From positions 62,001 to 126,000 of the forward strand of contig NIVC01002005.1 in the NCBI GenBank assembly GCA_002269645.1: DNA of 64,000 bases, written 5' to 3'. The stretch's first letter is position 1, and every line of letters begins with the position of its first letter. The DNA is from Macrostomum lignano. Taxonomy: Eukaryota. The notes below the pieces were generated by a model. The model was not told where the DNA came from, searched no databases, and saw only the letters and a list, made by a program, of their open reading frames with translations. A program made the translations under genes and the position numbers. Below, piece by piece: positions 27,599 to 40,472 of this stretch.

Positions 27599-30500
27599 GT
27601 TTAGCGAGTGTTTCACATCTTGTGAATGAACATTGCCTAGCAGTGCAATGAAGACAGCAGCATGCCCATCACGGCTTCATATAAGCTCTCCCCGATGGGT
27701 TTCTCGCACAGCCGAGCTTATTCATAATTTTTTCTTATTACTTTCCTCTGTTTCCAATAATAGCTGGTTCCACTCGGCTCTCTTCCCTAATACCCATATT
27801 TACCATTCATTGCTATCGGCTTATGTGGGGCTTCTTGGAGCCGATCATGCTGTAGAAAATGAAAAGAGCAGTTGAAGTTGGCGGCCTTAAATTGATCAAG
27901 AAATGCTTTGGGAGCTGCTAATACTGGATTTATTGGTCTTTTTTGTGAGCGTGTCATAAAAACTCTATTAGTGGTCTTCGAGGCCACACAGTATAATTCC
28001 CCTTGGGATTTACTTGTAAAATTGGCTTGGCTGAAGTCCTCTTTCCTAAGTTGTAAAAATATTGGAAACTTCTGTATTAATATCTCTGTTAATAGTAAAG
28101 ACTTCTATAGCCATTGGCTCAGCTGACCCAGGCGGATTAGTCTGCCTTGGGAATTGGGAAAAGAATTAAGAGGATTAGGATTGGGATTAGAACCCGCTTG
28201 GAACTTGTTAGTCTACTATTTTTCCGTGAACCCTGTGCGACGTCACTCCACGCTGGGTTCCCTAGTGACTCCGCCGTGAAGCTTCTTGTCACTCGCTAAC
28301 CAGCATTAAGCATTTCCAGCTTCCTAAATCTAAGCATTCTTGTTCACTAAGCATCACTTAGATCACTCTAATAATGCAACCTTGTCACTCTAAGAAAGCA
28401 TCCTTGTCACTCTAAGAAAGCATCCTTGTCACTCTAAGAAAGCAATCTTGTCACTCTGATGAAGCATCTTGTCACTCCAATAAAGCATCCTTGTCGCTTC
28501 GAATAAATGACCCTTGTCACTCTAATAATGAATCCTTGTCACTCTAAGAAAGCATCCTTGTCACTCTGATAAAGCATCCTTGTCACTCTAATAAAGCATC
28601 CTTGTCACTCTAAGAAAGCAATCTTGTCACTCTAAGAAAGCAATCTTGTCACTAATGAAACATCCTTGTCACTCTAATAAATCAACCTCGTCACTTTATT
28701 AAAGGCATCCTTGTCACTCCAATAAAGCATCCTTGTCACTTCGAATAAAGGACCCTTGTCACTCTAATAATGAATCCTTGTCACTCTAAGAAAGCATCCT
28801 TGTCACTCTGATAAAGCATCCTTGTCACTCTGATGAAGCATCCTTGTCACTCTGATAAAGCATCCTTGTCACTTCGAATAAAGGACCCTTGTCACTCTAA
28901 TAATGAATCCTTGTCACTCTAAGAAAGCATCCTTGTCACTCTGATGAAGCATCTTGTCACTCCAATAAAGCATCCTTGTCACTTCGAATAAATGACCCTT
29001 GTCACTCTAATAATGAATCCTTGTCACTCTAAGAAAGCATCCTTGTCACTCTGATAAAGCATCCTTGTCACTCTAATAAAGCATCCTTGTCACTCTAAGA
29101 AAGCAATCTTGTCACTCTAAGAAAGCAATCTTGTCACTAATGAAACATCCTTGTCACTCTAATAAATCAACCTCGTCACTTTATTAAAGGCATCCTTGTC
29201 ACTCCAATAAAGCATCCTTGTCACTTCGAATAAAGGACCCTTGTCACTCTAATAATGAATCCTTGTCACTCTAAGAAAGCATCCTTGTCACTCTGATAAA
29301 GCATCCTTGTCACTCTGATGAAGCATCCTTGTCACTCTGATAAAGCATCCTTGTCACTTCGAATAAAGGACCCTTGTCACTCTAATAATGAATCCTTGTC
29401 ACTCTAAGAAAGCATCCTTGTCACTCTGATGAAGCATCCTTGTCACTCCAATAAAGCATCCTTGTCACTTCGAATAAAGGACCCTTGTCACTCTAATAAT
29501 GAATCCTTGTCACTCTAAGAAAGCATCCTTGTCACTCTAAGAAAGCATCCTTGTCACTCTAATGAAACAAGCTTGTCACTTCGAAAGAAGCAAACTCCTT
29601 GTTGTCACTGTAAACCGCAGAATCAGTCTTGACAATTCAATTTCGAACGGTGCACAAATTCTGTCGCCATTCATTCAATCAAACATTTGATGCGAAAATA
29701 ATTTCAGAAACTCACTCGGTTGGAACGCCGAATCGGTATGGAATTTCGGCACATTCGTTTGCTTGCTCAGAGCTTGTCTTACACCAGACGGTTCAATCAG
29801 CTGACTCTGTGAGTTTCCTCGTTTTAGATTTTGCTTTTTGTCTTTGTGACTGCGTATTCTTGATATCTGTCTCCATTCTATCCTGTCTATCCCATTCTAT
29901 CCTGTCCATCCCCATTTTATCCTGTCTATCCCCATTCTCTCCTGTCTATCCCCATTCTCTCCTGTCTATCCCCATTCTCTCCTGTCTATCCCCATTCTAT
30001 CCTGTCTATCTCCATTCTCTCCTGTCTATCCCCATTCTATCCTGTCTATCCCCATTCTATCCTGTCTATCATCATACTATACTATCTACCCCCCATTCTA
30101 TCCTATCTATCCCCATTCTATCCTGTCTATCCCCATTCTATCCTGTCTATCCCCATTCTCTCCTGTCTATCCCCATTCTATCCTGTCTATCCCCATTCTC
30201 TCCTGTCTATCCCCATTCTCTCCTGTCTATCCCCATTCTATCCTGTCTATCATCATACTATACTATCTACCCCCCATTCTATCCTGTCTATCCCCATTCT
30301 CTCCTGTCTATCCCCATTCTATCCTGTCTATCATCATACTATACTATCTACCCCCCATTCTATCCTATCTATCCCCATTCTATCCTGTCTATCCCCATTC
30401 TATCCTGTCTATCCCCATTCTATCCTGTCTATCCCATTCTATCCTGTCTATCCCCATTCTCTCCTGTCTATCCCCATTCTATCCTGTCTATCCCATTCTA

Positions 30501-33500
30501 TCCTGTCTATCCCCATTCTCTCCTGTCTATCCCCATTCTATCCTGTCTATCATCATACTATACTATCTACCCCCCATTCTATCCTATCTATCCCCATTCT
30601 ATCCTGTCTATCCCCATTCTATCCTGTCTATCCCCATTCTATCCTGTCTATCCCATTCTATCCTGTCTATCCCCATTTTATCCTGTCTATCCCATTCTAT
30701 CCTGTCTATCCCCATTTTATCCTGTCTATCCCCATTCTATCCTGTCTATCCCATTCTATCCTGTCTATCCCCATTCTCTCCTGTCTATCCCCATTCTATC
30801 CTGTCTATCCCATTCTATCCTGTCTATCCCCATTCTCTCCTGTCTATCCCCATTCTATCCTGTCTATCATCATACTATACTATCTACCCCCCATTCTATC
30901 CTATCTATCCCCATTCTATCCTGTCTATCCCCATTCTATCCTATCTATCCCCATTCTATCCTGTCTATCCCCATTCTATCCTGTCTATCCCCATTCTATC
31001 CTGTCTATCCCCATTCTATACTATCTACCCCCATTCTCTCCTGTCTATCCCCATTCTCTCCTGTCTATCCCCATTCTATCCTGTCTATCCCCATTCTATC
31101 CTGTCTATCCCCATTCTATACTATCTACCCCCATTCTCTCCTGTCTATCCCCATTCTATCCTGTCTATCATCATACTATACTATCTACCCCCCATTCTAT
31201 CCTGTCTATCCCCATTCTATCCTGTCTATCCCCATTCTCTCCTGTCTATCTCCATTCTATCCTGTCTATCCCCATTCTATCCTGTCTATCCCATTCTATC
31301 CTGTCTATCCCCATTCTCTCCTGTCTATCCCCATTCTCTCCTGTCTATCCCCATTCTATCCTGTCTATCCCCATTCTATCCTGTCTATCCCATTCTATCC
31401 TGTCTGTCCCCATTCCATACTGTCCATCCCCATTTTATCCTGTCTATCCCCATTCTATCCTGTCTATCCCCATTCTATCCTGTCTATCCCCATTCTATCC
31501 TGTCTATCCCCATTCTATCCTGTCTATCCCATTCTATCCTGTCTATCCCCATTTTATCCTGTCTATCCCATTCTATCCTGTCTATCCCCATTTTATCCTG
31601 TCTATCCCCATTCTATCCTGTCTATCCCATTCTATCCTGTCTATCCCCATTCTCTCCTGTCTATCCCCATTCTATCCTGTCTATCCCATTCTATCCTGTC
31701 TATCCCCATTCTCTCCTGTCCATCCCGATTCTATCCTGTCTATCCCCATTCTATCCTGTCCATCCTTATTCTATCATGTCTATCCCCGTTCTATCCTGTC
31801 TATCCCCATTCTATCCTGTCTATCCCATTCTATCCTGTCCATCCCCATTTTATCCTGTCTATCCCCATTCTATCCTGTCTATCCCATTCTATCCTGTCCA
31901 TCCCCATTTTATCCTGTCTATCCCCATTCTATCCTGTCTATCCCATTCTATCCTCTCCATCCCCATTCTATCCTTTCTATCCCCATTCTACTCTGTCTGT
32001 CCCCATTCTATCCCATCTATATTCAGTCTATCCTATCTTTATTTCTATCTATCTGTCTCCATTATATCCTATCTAGCCCCTGAAAATCACCCCGAGTCAA
32101 TTAAGAATTTCCCTCAGCTAAATAAGAATCGCCCTCAGCTAAATCAGAATCGCCCTCAGCTAAATTAGAAACACAATCAGCTAAATTAGAATCGCCCTCA
32201 GCTACATTAGAATCGCCCTGAGCTAAATTTGAATCGCCCTCAGCTTGTTTAGAATCACCCTCAGCTAAATTAGAAACACAATCAGCTAAATTAGAATCGC
32301 CCTCAGCTACATTAGAATCGCCCTGAGCTAAATTTGAATCGCCCTCAGCTTGTTTAGAATCACCCTCAGCTAAATTAGAAACACAATCAGCTAAATTAGA
32401 ATCGCCCTCAGCTACATTAGAATCGCCCTGAGCTAAATTTGAATCGCCCTCAGCTTGATTAGAATCGCCCTCAGCTACATTAGAATCGCCCTGAGCTAAT
32501 ATTGAATCGCCCTCAGCTAAATGAGAATCGCTCTCAGCTAAATGAGAATCGCCCTCAGCTAAGTTAGAATCGCCCTCAGATAAGTTTGAATCGCCCTCAG
32601 CTAAATCTGAATCGCCCTTAGCTAAATCAGAATCGCCCTCAGCTAAATCAGAATCGCCCTCAGCTAAATCAGAATCGCCCTCAGCTAAATCAGAATCGCC
32701 CTCAGCTACCTTAGAATCGCCCTCAGCTAAATCAGAATCGCCATCAGCTAAATCAGAATCGCCATCAGCTAAATCAGAATCGCCCTCAGCTACCTTAGAA
32801 TCGCCCTCAGCTAAATCAGAATCGCCATCAGCTAAATCAGAATCGCCCTCAGCTAAATCAGAATCGCCCTCAGCTACCTTAGAATCGCCCTCAGCTAAAT
32901 CAGAATCGCCCTCAGCTAAATCAGAATCGCCCTCAGCTAAATCAGAATCGCCCTCAGCTAAATCAGAATCGCCCTCAGCTACCTTAGAATCGCCCTCAGC
33001 TAAATCAGAATCGCCATCGGCTAAATCAGAATCGCCCTCAGCTAAATCAGAATCGCCCTCAGCTAAATCAGAATCGCCATCAGCTAAATCAGAATCGCCC
33101 TCAGCTAAATCAGAATCGCCATCAGCTAAATCAGAATCGCCCTCAGCTAAATCAGAATCGCCCTCAGCTAAATCAGAATCGCCCTCAGCTACCTTAGAAT
33201 CGCCCTCAGCTAAATCAGAATCGCCATCAGCTAAATCAGAATCTCCCTCAGCTAAATCAGAATCGCCCTCAGCTAAATCAGAATCGCCATCAGCTAAATC
33301 AGAATCGCCCTCAGCTAAATCAGAATCGCCCTCAGCTAAATCAGAATCGCCCTCAGCTACCTTAGAATCGCCCTCAGCTACCTTAGAATCGCCCTCAGCT
33401 AAATCAGAATCGCCATCAGCTAAATCAGAATCGCCCTCAGCTAAATCAGAATCGCCCTCAGCTAAATCAGAATCGCCATCAGCTAAATCAGAATCGCCCT

Positions 33501-36346
33501 CAGCTAAATCAGAATCGCCCTCAGCTAAATCAGAATCGCCATCAGCTAAATCAGAATCGCCCTCAGCTAAATCAGAATCGCCCTCAGCTAAATCAGAATC
33601 GCCCTCAGCTAAATCAGAATCGCCCTCAGCTAAATCAGAATCGCCATCAGCTAAATCAGAATCGCCCTCAGCTAAATGAGAATCGCCCTCAGCTAAGTTA
33701 GAATCGCCCTCAGATAAGTTTGAATCGCCCTCAGCTAAATCTGAATCGCCCTTAGCTAAATCAGAATCGCCCTCAGCTAAATCAGAATCGCCCTCAGCTA
33801 AATCAGAATCGCCCTCAGCTAAATCAGAATCGCCCTCAGCTAAATCAGAATCGCCCTCAGCTAAATCAGAATCGCCATCAGCTAAATCAGAATCGCCATC
33901 AGCTAAATCAGAATCGCCCTCAGCTACCTTAGAATCGCCCTCAGCTAAATCAGAATCGCCATCAGCTAAATCAGAATCGCCCTCAGCTAAATCAGAATCG
34001 CCCTCAGCTACCTTAGAATCGCCCTCAGCTAAATCAGAATCGCCATCAGCTAAATCAGAATCGCCCTCAGCTAAATCAGAATCGCCCTCAGCTAAATCAG
34101 AATCGCCATCAGCTAAATCAGAATCGCCCTCAGCTAAATCAGAATCGCCCTCAGCTAAATCAGAATCGCCCTCAGCTACCTTAGAATCGCCCTCAGCTAA
34201 ATCAGAATCGCCCTCAGCTAAATCAGAATCGCCATCAGCTAAATCAGAATCGCCATCAGCTAAATCAGAATCGCTCTCAGCTAAATCAGAATCGCCCTCA
34301 GCTAAATCAGAATCGCCCTAAGCTAAATCAGAATCGCCCTCAGCTAAATCAGAATCGCCCTCAGCTACCTTAGAATCGCCCTCAGCTAAATCAGAATCGC
34401 CATCAGCTAAATCAGAATCGCCCTCAGCTAAATCAGAATCGCCCTCAGCTAAATCAGAATCGCCCTCAGCTAAATCAGAATCGCCCTCAGCTACCTTAGA
34501 ATCGCCCTCAGCTAAATCAGAATCGCCATCGGCTAAATCAGAATCGCCCTCAGCTAAATCAGAATCGCCCTCAGCTAAATCAGAATCGCCATCAGCTAAA
34601 TCAGAATCGCCCTCAGCTAAATCAGAATCGCCATCAGCTAAATCAGAATCGCCCTCAGCTAAATCAGAATCGCCCTCAGCTAAATCAGAATCGCCCTCAG
34701 CTAAATCAGAATCGCCCTCAGCTAAATCAGAATCGCCATCAGCTAAATCAGAATCGCCCTCAGCTAAATCAGAATCGCCCTCAGCTAAATCAGAATCGCC
34801 CTAAGCTAAATCAGAATCGCCTCAGCTAAATCAGAATCGCCCTCAGCTACCTTAGAATCGCCCTCAGCTAAATCAGAATCGCCATCAGCTAAATCAGAAT
34901 CGCCCTCAGCTAAATCAGAATCGCCCTCAGCTAAATCAGAATCGCCATCAGCTAAATCAGAATCGCCCTCAGCTAAATCAGAATCGCCATCAGCTAAATC
35001 AGAATCGCCATCAGCTAAATCAGAATCGCCCTCAGCTAAATCAGAATCGCCCTCAGCTAAATCAGAATCGCCCTCAGCTACCTTAGCTAAATCAGAATCG
35101 CCCTCAGCTAAATCAGAATCGCCCTAAGCTAAATCAGAATCGCCCTCAGCTAAAATCAATTAAAACCTCTTGTACTCCAAAATCCTCCAGTGGCAACAAC
35201 CAGCGCCTCGAGCACCTTGGCGACACACTGCTCAAGTTCGTGACCACCGACTACCTGTTCAAGCACTTCCCCTATCACCACGAGGGCCACCTGTCAATCC
35301 TGCGGAACACCATGGCCAACAAGTACACCCAGGGCCAGGTGTGCCGCGACCTCGGCCTCACCGAGTTCATCATCGAGGACACCCCGGCCGCACCGTCGGC
35401 CCTTCTATCGTTGGACGCCGATTCGAAGATCTTCGCCGACGTGCTTGAATCCTTTGTCGGAGCAGTCTTTGTCGACAAAGATCTCACCTGGGTAGAGCGA
35501 CTCTGCCAGGTGTGCTTCTTTCCCCGCCTAGTTGAGTTCATTCTCACCCAGGAATGGAATGATCCGAAGTCGAAGCTGCAGCAGTGCTGTCTGACTCTCC
35601 GCGATCGGGACAGCAAGCCGGAACTGGCCCGCTACGTGCTGGACAGCTGCACCGGGGGCAGCAACAATCGCTGCTTTCGAATCTCGGTCTATTTTCGCAA
35701 CGTTAAACTTGGCGAAGGCTCCGGCAAGTCGGTGAAGGTGGCGCAGATGAACGCCGCCAAGAACGCCCTGCAGCAGAATCAGGACAGCTTCCCGGTGCTG
35801 CAGTTCCATCAGCAGGTCATTGAGCAGCGCTACTCGCCCTCTCTGCGAGCCAGCATGCTGGCTAAGGTCTACGATAACGATGCCGCCTTGGTGACCGCTT
35901 TCACTCATGTGGACGGTGACACGCCGCTCTATCAGGAGACCGACGGAGGCGACTTGGACGATGTCGGAGAGGCCAGCTTTGATGACGAGGAAGAGGCTGC
36001 GGATGCTGATAAAGATTGCTCAGTTGATGGCGTCGGTGACACGACAACGGCGGCTACCGCCTCCGCGACCAACGCGACAGTCGAGGACAACATGATGCTG
36101 GAGATCACCGATGATGATGATGATGATGAGGCGGATGACAAATCCGACTCCTCCACCAGCTCTTCATCAGCTTCAGCATCTGATGCAGATGAGGCTGGCA
36201 GCCACCGAAAGCAGTTGCGACTTGTTCGAAAACGGAAGCTGAATAGCACGCAAGACGATGATGGAGATGATGATGAAGATGCTGGTAACGGCAAAGGCCG
36301 GCAGCCCACCGGCACTCTGCTGGACTTGTTCAAGGACAAGCTGTGA
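15909..36346 (+). CDS. drosha: Drosha (class 2 RNase III); first coding exon interrupted by a DNA transposon; 1514 aa if the insertion is removed
   Basis: Segments 15909-17336 + 20623-20772 (one exon split by the TE), 21932-23641, 29708-29808, 35191-36346, all frame-compatible at GT-AG junctions. Pro-rich N-terminus; central domain [17 protein letters not shown] and [11 protein letters not shown]; RIIIa [14 protein letters not shown]...[17 protein letters not shown]; RIIIb [11 protein letters not shown]...[17 protein letters not shown]; ds[19 protein letters not shown]...AAKNAL. These match Drosha motifs recalled from the human protein. Confidence 0.95.
16235..16425 (+). repeat. Coding 12-bp repeat (CATCCGCCTACG) giving (HPPT)n in the Drosha Pro-rich N-terminus
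   Basis: Translates as HPPTHPPT...NPPT...YPPT within ORF 15909-17420. Confidence 0.9.
17337..20618 (+). mobile_element. Full-length Chapaev-like DNA transposon (Transib/RAG1-related core), 3282 bp
   Basis: TIRs 17337-17577 and 20378-20618 (241 bp, about 8 mismatches by eye), termini CACAGCACCCATGGAAC...GTTCCATGGGTGCTGTG, 4-bp TSD GGCG (17333-17336 and 20619-20622), single intact internal ORF. CAC ends with a 4-bp TSD and a Chapa-type zinc finger fit Chapaev; Transib typically makes 5-bp TSDs. Confidence 0.92.
18082..20187 (+). CDS. DDE transposase, 701 aa, with N-terminal H-X7-C-X2-C zinc-finger region
   Basis: Uninterrupted ATG-to-TGA ORF. N-terminal [12 protein letters not shown]...LPASLCARC...CHCDLC...CRRC-X8-HCC; candidate catalytic residues KVGMDSGG (D), [14 protein letters not shown] (D), [10 protein letters not shown] (E); zinc ligands CPWC and PKVHALIDH; [10 protein letters not shown] motif. 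Confidence 0.93.
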   Translation: MPSTALTHSENRLKVCLICFKKGASHEPIRDANLQRINRNFIEDIDITDESLPASLCARCRKLLLDVDSGRKPVDALPQPYDFSKVKQTAVTRQNPLCHCDLCEVARMTPIGQGLGSAKVPAHPIGRPKKSNDQLPVALPAKICRRCLCILRRGVSHCCTITQRRENLCTEYSVDQRGAEMHAAKVIKRKAVDAHGAAPIQLATRGRNLTLSLLAPSQAKNSAAFYDSPISASEMSCFQQALSLSRRQTRTAAQFFRKWKGRKSIEAGLESKLQQLDSSLSEYFSVTDAEFEISGGQKKRCSVVFCRDPAGLIDYMLQHRRAPFGSEFVAKVGMDSGGDFLKICLSLIVDTSTDASDFETQAADVCSSHFAEGGVKRLMLLGIVQGVKETYANLKTMLDLLNMKGVRYYCSMDMKMANIFLGLQACSSLHPCPWCECRRNLFGDAHRDIQLRTLGAIRRNAAQYQQAARQHRGSLQLGAANFKNCVHDPLTDLPDDTEVLTIVPPMELHLMLGITNRLLEELDTRLQATNDCSVRIDDWLARLGVQRQPQHGRQINGNDCAKVLESVDQLEQMVRDCDACLGMPVVFALRCFREVKRTCFSLELRDGFETAVAHFAQAYADLGISTTPKVHALIDHVVPFLSSADNREARHGLGFWSEQAGEAVHRDFNSLWCRSYKVSPTNPQYAQQLLKCTVAYCSRHL
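20885..21852 (+). repeat. ~27-bp minisatellite (ACCAACTCACCAATGATTCACCGATTT) with ~389-bp higher-order duplication, Drosha intron
   Basis: 9-aa periodic ORFs; ORFs at 21028 and 21417 begin almost identically. Confidence 0.95.
24010..24270 (+). repeat. (TGTC)n microsatellite, Drosha intron
   Basis: Direct inspection. Confidence 0.95.
24765..25290 (+). repeat. 31-bp minisatellite (TTGGTGTCTGTAATTGTCTGTATGAGTCTCA)
   Basis: Period 31 (24781 to 24812); degenerates toward 25290. Confidence 0.93.
25903..26330 (+). repeat. 28-bp minisatellite (GTTGCTGGGCCAGCCTCCCAGATCCTCA), copy 1
   Basis: Period 28 (26041 to 26069); the same family occurs at 42296-42812. Confidence 0.95.
27005..27600 (+). repeat. 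Compound (GACA)n/(GATA)n microsatellite
   Basis: Direct inspection. Confidence 0.97.
28375..29582 (+). repeat. ~22-bp minisatellite (CATCCTTGTCACTCTAATAAAG) with ~485-bp higher-order repeat
   Basis: The variant order starting GAATAAATGACCC at 28501 recurs at 28986. Confidence 0.93.
29868..32075 (+). repeat. 19-20-bp pyrimidine-rich minisatellite (CCCCATTCTATCCTGTCTAT)
   Basis: Fills the first half of the last Drosha intron; source of the spurious 815-aa ORF. Confidence 0.97.
32108..35153 (+). repeat. 21-bp minisatellite (CAGCTAAATCAGAATCGCCCT), ~145 units
   Basis: Period 21 (32641 to 32662); ends ~38 nt before the acceptor of the last Drosha exon. Confidence 0.97.
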
Positions 36347-36409
36347 CGCCTGCTGCTGCTGCCCGTGTCTTGCCGAACTCTTCAATAAGATTTGCGATGG
36401 GATTTGGTA

Positions 36410-36960
36410 TTAGTTAGCATTGTTAGCATTGTTTATGGGATGTGTTAGCATTGTGTATGGGATCTGTTAGCATCGTGTATGGGATCTGTTAGCATCGTGT
36501 ATGGGATCTGTTAGCATCGTGTATGGGATCTGTTAGCATTGTGTATGGGATCTGTTAGAATCGTGTATGGGATCTATTAGAATCGTGTATGGGATCTGTT
36601 AGAATCGTGTATGGGATCTGTTAGCGTTCTGTATGGGGTCTATTAGCATCGTGTATGGGATCTGTTAGAATCATGTATGGGATCTATTAGAATCGTATAT
36701 GGGATCTATTAGAATCGTATATGGGATCTATTAGAATCGTATATGGGATCTGTTAGCAATGTGTATGGGATCTATTAGAATCGTATATGGGATCTATTAG
36801 AATCGTATATGGGATCTATTAGAATCGTGTATGGGATCTATTAGAATCGTGTATGGGATCTGTTAGCAATGTGTATGGGATCTGTTAGCATCGTGTATGG
36901 GATCTGTTAGCAATGTGTATGGGATGTATTAGCAATGTGTATGGGATCTATTAGCGTGTA
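36410..36960 (+). repeat. 22-bp minisatellite (TGTTAGCATCGTGTATGGGATC)
   Basis: Starts ~65 bp after the Drosha stop codon. Confidence 0.92.
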
Positions 36961-37278
36961 TGAGATCTGGGATTATGTTGGGGTCTATGATCATAAAGTA
37001 TGGGATTATGATGGGGTCTATGAGCATAGAGGATGGGATTATGATGGGGTCTATGAGCATAGAGTATGGGATTATGATGGGGTCTATGAGCATAGAGGAT
37101 GGGATTATGATGGGGTCTATGAGCATAGAGGATGGGATTATGACGTGGTCTATGAGCATAGAGGATGGGATTATGATGGGATCTATGTGCATAGAGGATG
37201 GGATTATGATGGGATCTATGTGCATAAAGGAGATGGGATTCAAGGATGGGGTCTATGTGCATAGAGGATGGGATTAGG
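36960..37278 (+). repeat. 33-bp minisatellite (GGGATTATGATGGGGTCTATGAGCATAGAGGAT)
   Basis: 11-aa periodic spurious ORFs; abuts the 22-bp array. Confidence 0.92.
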
Positions 37279-37693
37279 ATGTGTTCTAGACTTATTATGA
37301 ATAAGGTGGCAATGTCTATTGATAATCTATTTATTCAAATTCACGATTGGCTCCCCGGTTGTTTATTGTATGAATTTTTATTCCTGAAAAAGTTCAAAGT
37401 ACGAGGCTCGTGACAAACAATGCTTGTTACCTGTGCTGCACTAATTTGAACTGCTCTTCTGCTGTTATCCTGAAACTGTTGACTTGATTACTGTGCCAGA
37501 GTATGTTTAACACCCTCCTATTTCGCTTGCAAGTAGTTAATAATGTTAGTAAACATTTTTAGCTCTGAAAGGCCACACAGGGTATTATTTATGGTATTAA
37601 ATAAACTAATACTCTATGTTAATCTGTGCCGTTATGAATAATAAATAATTGCGGCTTCTTGATGTGTCACATTTGTGTTTGGAATTTTTTTAT

Positions 37694-38400
<707 letters not shown>

Positions 38401-38799
38401 GCATCCAGATCCAGCCAGAGGGCATGGTTAGGCCGAGGCCATCTATCTATCAGCAATACAATTAAATAGCGGTTGGTTTGTTCACCAATAAAAAATTGGA
38501 GTCACTGCATTTCACTTTAACGTCAATATCAATTTTATGCTTGCTCAGCATCCAGCCAGTGGTTATTGATTGACACACTGACAGCCTGCTAGAACGATAT
38601 TCATATCAGTGCGAATTGAGCACTTCAGCTCTGCCGTTTGTATGCAGTTCGATTACTGGGTAAATGCTGATTAAACATTTTGATCTTCTCTGCAAGGTCA
38701 TCTGTCACTCATTTTAATGCCTGCATGGCAGCTCTGTCCTTTCCGCTGTCAGCGCTGTCAGCGCCCACCCTGTGTGCTGAACTGCCGTGTCTGGCTCCC

Positions 38800-39525
38800 C
38801 TCTGCCCTCTTCTCTCACTGTCTCTGCCCTCTTCTCTCACTGTCTCTGCCCTCTTCTCTCACTGTCTCTGCCCTCTTCTCTCACTCTCTCTGCCCTCTCT
38901 TCTCTCACTCTCTCTGCCCTCTTCTCTCACTCTCTCTGCCCTCTTCTCTCACTCTCTCTACCCTCTCTTCTCTCACTCCCTATATCCTCTCTTCTCTCAC
39001 TCCCTATATCCTCTCTTCTCTCACTCCCTATATACACTCTCTTCTCTCACTCTTTCTGCCCTCTCTCTTCTCTCACTGTCTCTGCCCTCTTCTCTCACTG
39101 TCTCTGCCCTATTCTCTCACTCTCTCTGCCCTCTTCTCTCACTCTCTCTGCCCTCTTCTCTCACTCTCTCTGCCCTCTTCTCTCACTCTCTCTGCCCTCT
39201 CTTCTCTCACTCTCTCTACCCTCTCTTCTCTCACTCCCTATATACACTCTTCTCTCACTCTCTCTACCCTCTCTAATCACTCTCCCCCTCTCCCCACTCT
39301 CCCCTCTCCCCACTCTTCTCTTTCTGCCTACTCTCCCCTCTCCTCACTCTCCCACTATCCCCTATCCTCCCACTCTCCCCTCTCTTCCATTCTCCCCACT
39401 TCCTCTCTCCCTATTCTCCCCACTCCCCTCTCTCCCCAGTCTCTTCTCTCTCTCCACTATCCACTCCCCACTCTCCTCGCTCCACCCTCTTCTCTCCCTG
39501 TCTCCCCTCTTTCCCGTCTCTGTTC
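38800..39525 (+). repeat. CT-rich low-complexity/minisatellite tract (CTCTTCTCTCACTCTCTCTGCC)
   Basis: Direct inspection. Confidence 0.93.
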
Positions 39526-39848
39526 ACATCACATCACACATCGCAGGTGCATTACTCCCCACCAGTTGCTACGGCAGTGACTAATTATAAACAAAAACAA
39601 TTTCTGTTAGCTATTATTATGACTTTCCAAGTCCTAAATCAGTAAGATGGAAAAGATCTCTCGCGCAAGTGAAAGTCGAAAGCATCAGAGAAATATTCCC
39701 TGTCAGACAAGGCGCAAAGAAGACCCTAAGATTTCGTTTAATTACAGAACAGAACTGCAGTTATGAACATCTACTAATTAGCTCTGTAACTGTAGGCCCA
39801 TTCCACTTGCATGTGCAGCCGCCCTTTTTGTGAAAACCCATACCTAAC

Positions 39849-39850
<2 letters not shown>

Positions 39851-39891
<41 letters not shown>
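39851..39891 (+). repeat. (GT)n microsatellite
   Basis: About 20 GT units. Confidence 0.97.
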
Positions 39892-39892
<1 letters not shown>

Positions 39893-39959
39893 CTGACAGC
39901 GACTAATTCCTTCGCTTGTTAAACCACCTTTACTTATCATGATCCTCAGTCTGTCTGGC

Positions 39960-40472
39960 ACCTTCCCTAACTTCTCTGATCCTCAAGCTGGGATCCTAAA
40001 CTTCTCTGATCCTCAAGCTGGGATCCCTAACTTCTTTGATCCTCAAACTGGGATCTTAAACTTCTCTGATTCTCAAACTGGGATCCTAAACTTCTCTAAT
40101 CCTCAAAATGGGATCTTAAACTTCTCTGATCCTCAAGCTGGGATCCCTAACTTCTCTAATCCTCAAAATGGGATCTTAAACTTCTTTCATCCTCAAACTG
40201 GGATCCTAAACTTCTCTGATCCTCAAACTGGGATCCCTAACTTCTCTGATCCTCAAAATGGGATCCCTAACTTCTCTGATCCTCAAAATGGGATCCTAAA
40301 CTTCTCTGATCCTCAAACTGGGATCCTAAACTTCTCTAATCCTCAAAATGGGATCTTAAACTTCTCTGATCCTCAAGCTGGGATCCCTAACTTCTTTGAT
40401 CCTCAAACTGGGATCCTAAACTTCCCTAATCCTCAAACTGGGATACTAAACTTCTTTGATCCTCAAACTGGG
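39960..40472 (+). repeat. 30-bp minisatellite (AACTTCTCTGATCCTCAAACTGGGATCCTA), copy 1
   Basis: 10-aa periodic spurious ORF. Confidence 0.94.

Noticed and set aside
29629-32076. 815-aa ORF
   Set aside because: Translation of the 19-20-bp minisatellite; the real Drosha exon (29708-29808) lies within it in a different frame.
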